A stretch of DNA of 64,000 nt from the NCBI GenBank assembly GCA_963662275.1, contig OY759316.1, forward strand, positions 1,472,001-1,536,000, given 5' to 3'. Positions 57,794 to 64,000 of this stretch are shown here, in pieces (positions within the stretch are counted from its first letter, which is position 1; every line of letters starts with the position of its first letter). The translations under genes and the position numbers were made by a program. Origin of the DNA: Candidatus Cloacimonadales bacterium. GTDB taxonomy: Bacteria; Cloacimonadota; Cloacimonadia; Cloacimonadales; DAONDQ01. The notes below the pieces were generated by a model that was not told the DNA's origin, did no database searches, and saw nothing but the letters and a program-made list of their open reading frames with translations.

Positions 57794-57929
57794 AACCGGA
57801 ACAGACACCCGAACAGATAGAAGATCAGAGACTTAAAGAAATGCTCAATACCGGTATGAAAAACCGGGGACTGTGAAGTTCGAAGTGCGAAGTTCGAAGT
57901 AGCAGAATAGAAAAAGTTTAGGAGGAAAT

Positions 57930-58658
57930 GTGAAAGAAAATCAAATGATCCAAACTACTAACGTGGAAAAAATCCTTGATGTGCTTGAAGAAGGCAGGAA
58001 TCGACCGAAGCATGAAGAACCTGGATTCATTGTTGTGTATGGTCCTAAGGGTACCGGTAAATCCAGGGCTTTTCATACCCTGGCAATCAAAAACAACTGC
58101 ATCTACATTCGCTTATCTGCCAAAGACACAGCCCGGAGCTTTGCACAGAAGCTTCATCATCTTTTGGAATACTATGACAGCAACAAGAAGGTACCTGAGC
58201 TTGATACAACTGACGTCCCGAGTCATGGGGTAAGTATTACCATGGTTGACCGCTGCGTGAGGTATCTTGCCAAGCATCCTGATATGGAAATCTACATCGA
58301 TGAGTTTGACTATGCTTTGGAAGCAAGCAAGCACGATATATTAGATACTATCAGGGATCTCATAGACCGAACCATGGCGCTGTTTGTGTGTGTGGGGATG
58401 GATAAAGTACTTGAGCTTCTTGAAAAGCGTTCCAGGGCACTTTTTGACCGCATGATGGCAAGCCGTGAACTTTCACCATGGACTGAAGCAGATACAATCA
58501 AAGTAGCGAAAGGGATCTCTTCAGCAACCATGACAGACTCTTTAGCCAGAGAAATCCACATGAATAAGAATGCCAAAGGCGGATCTGCCAGACAGGTGAT
58601 TCACCAGGTAAGCGCTTATGAAGCAACTTACAAAGCAGCACAGGAACATAAATCATGA
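57930..58658 (+). CDS. MuB-like AAA+ ATPase
   Basis: GPKGTGKS, IYIDEFD, DTIRDLID, VCVGM; SD AGGAGG. Confidence 0.88.
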   Translation: MKENQMIQTTNVEKILDVLEEGRNRPKHEEPGFIVVYGPKGTGKSRAFHTLAIKNNCIYIRLSAKDTARSFAQKLHHLLEYYDSNKKVPELDTTDVPSHGVSITMVDRCVRYLAKHPDMEIYIDEFDYALEASKHDILDTIRDLIDRTMALFVCVGMDKVLELLEKRSRALFDRMMASRELSPWTEADTIKVAKGISSATMTDSLAREIHMNKNAKGGSARQVIHQVSAYEATYKAAQEHKS

Positions 58659-59227
58659 ATTCGGTAAGCAGCAGCCAGGCAATTCGAAACTACATTGAAA
58701 TGTGCCAAGTGAGTACATTCAGCGCTGTAATGGTGAGCGAATACCTTAATATTCCACTGCGAACGGTACGTAACCGGTTAAGTGAGTTATGCTCTGAAGG
58801 GTTAATCATGCTGACTACTGGAAAGAACCAGGGACAGTCTCTGTATGCAAAGGCAGACCCTAGCTTACAGGTGTCAGAGCAGACAGCAGAGAAGATCAGA
58901 GAGCTGGCAGAGCAGAACCCGGGAATGACACAGACGGCTATTGCTAAGAAGTTGGGAATGTCCAGACAGGCTGTGTGCGCTGGATTCAAGCAGTTGGGGA
59001 TTGAGGTGTATAAGGGGATGAAGTGGGAATACAAGCATTCAATAGGACAGACCATCTATGGATATGTATATCATGAATATGCTACGCGAAATCAGATCCA
59101 TCAGAATGCTAACTTAGGAATATCATACCAGGAACTTGGTATTTATCTAAGTTTTATGGTTAAGAAGGGCTTAATTTTATTCGAAAACTCAAAATATCAT
59201 ACGAATTATAGAACAAACAATGAATAA
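58655..59227 (+). CDS. HTH DNA-binding phage protein
   Basis: NPGMTQTAIAKKLGMSRQAV. Confidence 0.7.
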   Translation: MNSVSSSQAIRNYIEMCQVSTFSAVMVSEYLNIPLRTVRNRLSELCSEGLIMLTTGKNQGQSLYAKADPSLQVSEQTAEKIRELAEQNPGMTQTAIAKKLGMSRQAVCAGFKQLGIEVYKGMKWEYKHSIGQTIYGYVYHEYATRNQIHQNANLGISYQELGIYLSFMVKKGLILFENSKYHTNYRTNNE

Positions 59228-59238
59228 TTGGAGAGAAG

Positions 59239-59577
59239 ATGATTCTATTCAAAAAAGAGTTCATAGATGCCATTGTTAAAGGTGAAAAAACAACAACTGT
59301 TAGAAAAAATAACCGTAGATTGCAGGGCGTTCACATGATCAAGGTTGGTTTTCTCAAAAAAGATGAAAGGGGTTATGTGAAAATAACCGATTGGAACCCT
59401 ATAATGCTTTATCAGATTACTCTTGAAATGGCAAAAGCAGATGGCTTCAGCACGATAGATGAATGTAAGAAAGCTATCTGTAAAATGTTGAAAATTAAAC
59501 ACAATACAATTTCAGACTTCTATTGGGTTTCGTTATATACTTTTCAATATATCGGGGTGGAAAATGCCAAAAGCTGA
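59239..59577 (+). CDS. ASCH-domain protein
   Basis: F.KEFIDAIVKGEKTTTVR, AKADGF. Confidence 0.8.
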   Translation: MILFKKEFIDAIVKGEKTTTVRKNNRRLQGVHMIKVGFLKKDERGYVKITDWNPIMLYQITLEMAKADGFSTIDECKKAICKMLKIKHNTISDFYWVSLYTFQYIGVENAKS

Positions 59578-59989
59578 ATATGATGAACAGGGGCTCAAGT
59601 TTTGGAGTTTGTTATCTGAAGCTGGATGGACTGAAGAACGGATTGAGGCTCTGATCTGGAAAAGATACAAATGCAGCCATTGGATGGCTTGCAATGAAAG
59701 TCAGAGAAAGGGACTCATGGCTACGGCGCAGAGCTATGCGAAGAAAGCGAACAGCGTACAGCGTACAGGGAACAGGGCAGAGCAGAAAAAAGCAGCTGAA
59801 GCAAAAATGAAGATGCTTAGACAGAATATCATGGCTATTGTGTCAGCTAATGGATTAGATCGTGATTGGCTGCATAGCTGTATGGTTTCCTGGGGTTTTG
59901 GTGATTCACTGCGGAAGTTAGGATATAAGCAACTCTGGCAGGTGAAATCATCAGTGCTTGAGTGCTTTAAAGGGAGAAAAAGAGTATGA
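59564..59989 (+). CDS. Phage protein, possibly GemA/gp16-like
   Basis: Helical protein in a Mu early region; weak resemblance only. Confidence 0.45.
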   Translation: MPKAEYDEQGLKFWSLLSEAGWTEERIEALIWKRYKCSHWMACNESQRKGLMATAQSYAKKANSVQRTGNRAEQKKAAEAKMKMLRQNIMAIVSANGLDRDWLHSCMVSWGFGDSLRKLGYKQLWQVKSSVLECFKGRKRV

Positions 59990-61224
59990 GCGAAGTGATG
60001 ACGTGGGGAGATCTCTTTGCTGGAGGTGGCGGTGCTACTTGCGGGGCACTTGGAGTGAAGAATACTCAGGTATTGTGGGCACTGAATCACAGTGCCTCAG
60101 CCATTGCTACACATGCAGCTAATCACCCGGAAACAGTTCATTATCAGGCTGACATCAGATTCCAGGATGAACACGATCTGGCAGAAGTGGATGGAATCTG
60201 GATGTCTTCCGAGTGTACCAACTTTACTAAAGCGAAAGGTGGGAAAACACGTGATCTTGGAAGTTATAGTCTTCCCTGGGAGCTGTTGAGATTTGCTAAA
60301 CAGTGTAATCCATCAGTTATCATTGTGGAAAATGTTAAAGAATTTTTAAATTGGGGTGAATGGAAAGATGAGCATAAAGTCATTCATGATCGGGGAGTAA
60401 CATACAATAAATGGGTTCGCAAGCTAAGACGCATGGGATATTCAAATTATCAATATCAATTACTAAATGCTGCTGACTTTGGAGCCTACACGTCCAGAAT
60501 TCGCTATTTTGGCATCTTTACAAAGAAAGGGCATAAAATACAGTTTCCGAAGCCAACACATCATAAAACAGGTGCAAACGGTCTTTTAACGTGGATGCCA
60601 TGCAAAGATAAAATTAATCTGAATGATATAGGGAAAAGCATTTGGGAAATGGATTTATGTCCTAATACCATCACCCGGATAGAAGCCGGGCTTAAGAAGT
60701 TTGGAGGCGATCCTTTTATATTGAAGTATTACGGGTCTAAAGGCTGTGATAACAGTTCTTCACTCAATGAGCCATTAGGTACACTCATGACAAAAAGTCA
60801 TCATGTAGTTATTCAATTCCTGGTCAAATATGGCTATCACAATCCAAAGCATCCTGAACTAAATGCTGAAAGTCTTGATCAGCCTATTTCAACACTGATA
60901 ACGACCGAAAGACAAGTCTTGATCACTCAATTTTTAATGAGTTATTACTCTTCACCAAGACCTCAACATATGTGCCATTCATTAAATTCACCAGTGCCAA
61001 CATTAATGACCACTGACAGACATGCCATTATTACTCAAAACGGCTATGATATATACTATCGATTTATTTCAGTCCAGGAAGCCAAAGAGCTGCAAGGGTT
61101 TCCAGCGGAGTATATATTAGAAGGCTCTAAAACACAACAATTAAAACAAATAGGTAATGCGGTTGTGCCACTCATAGCAAAACTGCTCATTGAACACAAC
61201 TACTTGGAGGTGAAAGTTGCCTAA
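59986..61224 (+). CDS. C5-cytosine DNA methyltransferase
   Basis: DLFAGGGG, SSECTNF, ENVKEF, R.RYF, QGFP..Y, KQIGNAV. Confidence 0.92.
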   Translation: MSEVMTWGDLFAGGGGATCGALGVKNTQVLWALNHSASAIATHAANHPETVHYQADIRFQDEHDLAEVDGIWMSSECTNFTKAKGGKTRDLGSYSLPWELLRFAKQCNPSVIIVENVKEFLNWGEWKDEHKVIHDRGVTYNKWVRKLRRMGYSNYQYQLLNAADFGAYTSRIRYFGIFTKKGHKIQFPKPTHHKTGANGLLTWMPCKDKINLNDIGKSIWEMDLCPNTITRIEAGLKKFGGDPFILKYYGSKGCDNSSSLNEPLGTLMTKSHHVVIQFLVKYGYHNPKHPELNAESLDQPISTLITTERQVLITQFLMSYYSSPRPQHMCHSLNSPVPTLMTTDRHAIITQNGYDIYYRFISVQEAKELQGFPAEYILEGSKTQQLKQIGNAVVPLIAKLLIEHNYLEVKVA

Positions 61225-61456
61225 TCAATATACAAGCCAACCAACATACACAGACAAGCTGGAGAAGCTTGGATATCAGACACTTCAGAAGAATCTATCA
61301 TGGATCAATGAGAAAGGTGATATTGTGAGACTGCGCCAGGCTAAGGACGCAAAGCAATATCCGTTTTCATTCAATAGTACTGTTAAATTACAATCAATCG
61401 AAGAACTTATTAACCACGAAACACACGAAACAAACGAAAAGGAGAGGACGTTATGA
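61217..61456 (+). CDS. Phage hypothetical protein
   Basis: TTG start after GGAGGT; coupled to neighbours. Confidence 0.55.
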   Translation: MPNQYTSQPTYTDKLEKLGYQTLQKNLSWINEKGDIVRLRQAKDAKQYPFSFNSTVKLQSIEELINHETHETNEKERTL

Positions 61457-61629
61457 CTATTAAGGAGCTATCTGAGAAATACGGTGAGGATAAGCACTTA
61501 TATCTAATTGATGAAGATGCTCCGTATGGATTTAGAGTTGTTGAACCTGAAATGATAGCAACCGGATCTATAAAAGCAAGTTATCCAGATAAATCAACGA
61601 AAGTAATCGATATGGTGCTGATAGGTTAG
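61453..61629 (+). CDS. 58-aa phage hypothetical protein (below the ORF-track cutoff)
   Basis: GGAGAGG SD, ATGA overlap, MTIKELSEKYGEDKHL...VLIG*. Confidence 0.6.
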   Translation: MTIKELSEKYGEDKHLYLIDEDAPYGFRVVEPEMIATGSIKASYPDKSTKVIDMVLIG

Positions 61630-61636
61630 GTAAAAG

Positions 61637-61825
61637 ATGAAAGATAAAAAAGATGAGCTTATGATTACGATTACTTTTAATGGCAAGACTTCCGGTCCAA
61701 TATCAAACACGGAGTTCGTGAAGCGGTGTAATGCTATAACTCGAGAAAGCAAAAGGATTGTCAGAAAACGCAATAAATTAAAACAGCAGGATAGGCGTCC
61801 TGCTCAACAAGGAGAAAAACCATGA
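61637..61825 (+). CDS. Small basic phage protein
   Basis: Fills the operon gap; overlaps the next start. Confidence 0.55.
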   Translation: MKDKKDELMITITFNGKTSGPISNTEFVKRCNAITRESKRIVRKRNKLKQQDRRPAQQGEKP

Positions 61826-62469
61826 GCAAAGAAAAGAAACCGATTAATGACAGCGCTACAAAGCAACCCAAGGAAAAGAAGGTCGAGTACTGGGTAGATC
61901 CCCAGGGAAACAAAGTCAACGTGAAATACATCAGCAAACACGTTAAAGAGAGAACAGTACTGGTGCAAAACATCATGGCAGATGCTCAAAAGATACGTCA
62001 GATCATGAGCAATTTCAAAGAAGCGGTTAAAATGAGAGTAGAAAGCTTCCTGGAAGATACTGCAGGTGAATATGGTGAAAACTGGAAGGGAAATGCAATC
62101 CTAATGAATTTCAGTGAAAACCAGCGCATATCCATCAAAATCAACAGGGTAATGAACTTCGATGAAAGACTGATGATCGCAAAGCAGAAGCTTGACCGCT
62201 GCCTGGTGAACTGGACCAAGGAAGGTCGTAAGGAAATAGCGCAACTGGTTGGTCAGGCATTCGATGTAGATAAGAAAGGCAACATTAACAGGTCAAAGAT
62301 CATCAGCCTGTTTAAAATCGAATCCAACGATAGCGAATGGAAGGAAGGAATACAACTGATTAAAGACAGCATGGTTGAAGAAACAATGAAGGAATATATC
62401 ATGTTCCAGTACAGAAACGAGGAAAACGGCAACTGGGATAACGTGATATTGGATTTTGCCAGGCTGTAA
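61822..62469 (+). CDS. DUF3164-family protein (Mu-like phages)
   Basis: YWVDPQG, WKGN, FDERL.IAK, AFDVDKKG.I, W..GI..I.DS. Confidence 0.85.
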   Translation: MSKEKKPINDSATKQPKEKKVEYWVDPQGNKVNVKYISKHVKERTVLVQNIMADAQKIRQIMSNFKEAVKMRVESFLEDTAGEYGENWKGNAILMNFSENQRISIKINRVMNFDERLMIAKQKLDRCLVNWTKEGRKEIAQLVGQAFDVDKKGNINRSKIISLFKIESNDSEWKEGIQLIKDSMVEETMKEYIMFQYRNEENGNWDNVILDFARL

Positions 62470-62482
62470 GTTAGGAGTTGAG

Positions 62483-62728
62483 ATGTATCAACCACAAACT
62501 GATCTGTTTGGTAACGAAATATCACCAAAACGGAAGACCAGGGAAAAGCTGGAAGCTGAGTATGGTATCAGTATCAGGCAGGTGGCACGTCCTTTTATGG
62601 CAGGTGATTCGTATGTTATACGGGATTATGTTTATTATGAACAAGGATCAAATAAGGCGAGTGTTCCTTTTTCGAACCTGATCCTTCTTGAAATGGCTCT
62701 CAAAGAATCCAGAGGGATAGTAGATTGA
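62483..62728 (+). CDS. Phage hypothetical protein
   Basis: ATG after AGGAG; QTDLFGNE. Confidence 0.6.
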   Translation: MYQPQTDLFGNEISPKRKTREKLEAEYGISIRQVARPFMAGDSYVIRDYVYYEQGSNKASVPFSNLILLEMALKESRGIVD

Positions 62729-62884
62729 TCTCACTGAGTTCTTACGTAACCCCCACCCGGTACGGTGGGGGCTGGCAAGCACTAAGTCAGAAGAAACTGA
62801 ATAAATTCAGCTGTACACGTTATAAATAACGCGTTACAAGCTGTGATCTTTGATACGTTTATAGTGTGGCTTTCAGGAAATTTA

Positions 62885-63070
62885 TTGACAGAATAAATCC
62901 CTTGTAGTTGTTTCGCAACATCAAAACATCCAAGGGGTTTAACCCTGCCTGAGGGTTTTGTCGTATATATACGGTAAAATCAATATAGGTTAAATACCTG
63001 AGACTCTCTGACCAGTGATGGCAGGGGCGCACCCTTGGATGCGTTGATAAGTCTCAGGTTTATTTTTATC
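62885..63070 (+). promoter_or_regulatory. Promoter plus structured leader upstream of the ORF6N gene
   Basis: TTGACA at 62885; long complementary segments (see findings). Confidence 0.55.
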
Positions 63071-63090
63071 AAAAAAATCAAGGAGGTAGC

Positions 63091-63729
63091 ATGAGCCAAT
63101 TCATGCAGATCAATGGACAGCAGTTGCCGGTTCACGAAATAAAAGGGCAGCGGGTGATTACGATTCACCAGATCGCACAACTTCACCAGGTAAACGAAAA
63201 GAATGTTACAACTAACTTCGCAAACAACAAACGTCACTTCGTTGAAGGAAAAGACTTCTTCAAAACAGTTCAAAAAGCTCCCACCAAAAATTCTTTGGTG
63301 GAACGTGAAAGGCTGTATTTTACTGAGTCCGGTTATCTGATGCTGACGAAATCGATGAAAGATGATCTCTCCTGGGCACTGATGCGGGAGCTGGTGAACT
63401 GCTATTTTAAAGTGGCAGCGTATGAACAGCTTCTTGACTTCCTGCCTGTGGAGTTTAAACAGATGGTGTATTATCGGGCTTTGGGTCTGACACAGCCGGA
63501 AACAGCGAAACTGCTGGATGTGAGCCGGTCACAATTACAGATCATGGAAGGCAAGCTGGAAACACTGGGGTATGTGGCACCGAATCAGAATGGGAAACGC
63601 AAATGGGTACTTCCCTCAACTCTCCCGGAGAAGAAGAATCAAACTCTCCCGGCTAAAGCCACCCTCCCTTTATCCAAAGGGAGGAATAAGACCGGAGGGG
63701 AGCATGGAAAAGCTAAGAACGCTAATTGA
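63091..63729 (+). CDS. ORF6N-domain phage regulatory/antirepressor-like protein
   Basis: EIKGQRVIT...IAQLHQV, NF..NKRHFVEGKDFF, FTESGYLML.KSM.DD.SW. Confidence 0.85.
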   Translation: MSQFMQINGQQLPVHEIKGQRVITIHQIAQLHQVNEKNVTTNFANNKRHFVEGKDFFKTVQKAPTKNSLVERERLYFTESGYLMLTKSMKDDLSWALMRELVNCYFKVAAYEQLLDFLPVEFKQMVYYRALGLTQPETAKLLDVSRSQLQIMEGKLETLGYVAPNQNGKRKWVLPSTLPEKKNQTLPAKATLPLSKGRNKTGGEHGKAKNAN

Positions 63730-63859
63730 TGATATGATGCTGATCAACTCAGCAATCGCAGAACTGGCAGACTGCTCAAAAAACGAGAATGCACTATTTG
63801 TGCTTACCCAGGATATGGATAGGAAATTGAAAGAAGCCTGGGAAGTGGCAGTGAATTAG
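63704..63859 (+). CDS. Small phage protein
   Basis: GGAGGGG SD before ATG 63704. Confidence 0.55.
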   Translation: MEKLRTLIDDMMLINSAIAELADCSKNENALFVLTQDMDRKLKEAWEVAVN

Positions 63860-64000
63860 AAGAACAGAGAATCAAACGCCCCCTTAATCCCCCTCTTTAT
63901 CCAAAGAGGGGGAGAACGGACCTGAAGGCAGCTTAACGGCTGCCTTTTTTATTATACTGAAGGCTGCATAAAGAAAGAAGATGGATCCCCGATCAGGTCG

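Larger units (their letters stand above)
50730..64000. mobile_element. Mu-like transposable prophage: left end and early region; continues beyond the window; left boundary approximate
   Basis: Divergent repressor/Ner-like pair, MuA- and MuB-like genes, DUF3164, methylases. Confidence 0.85.

Overview
AT-rich bacterial chromosomal window. Many secreted proteins end in a FlgD-Ig/T9SS-like domain (YPNPF...IYNIKGQ.V...WDG), a repertoire that suggests Cloacimonadota or a related FCB lineage (inference). Left to right: (1) heavy-metal P-type ATPase, DUF3147, folA, then two tandem candidate sRNA genes. (2) A tyrosine-recombinase/IS91-like element, a CsgG-DUF4810-DUF799 lipoprotein operon and an IS1182 element. 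(3) A 70-bp hairpin tandem array carrying two apparently identical group II introns at the same position in the unit. (4) TetR plus amidohydrolase, a large M6 metalloprotease, an IS4-superfamily element with a 15-bp target duplication, several surface or secreted proteins, rsgA, a DUF1566 gene broken by one amber stop, an aldo/keto reductase and an extracellular endonuclease. (5) A compact three-gene locus, TIR-STAND ATPase-TPR / 86-aa peptide / PaaK-like adenylating enzyme fused to a nucleotidyltransferase; this is the best candidate for an undescribed system. (6) The left end and early region of a Mu-like prophage running off the window, whose transposase contains in-frame REP-like and heptamer repeats and a slippage-prone C-terminal tract. 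All calls come from reading motifs by eye; no database searches were run.
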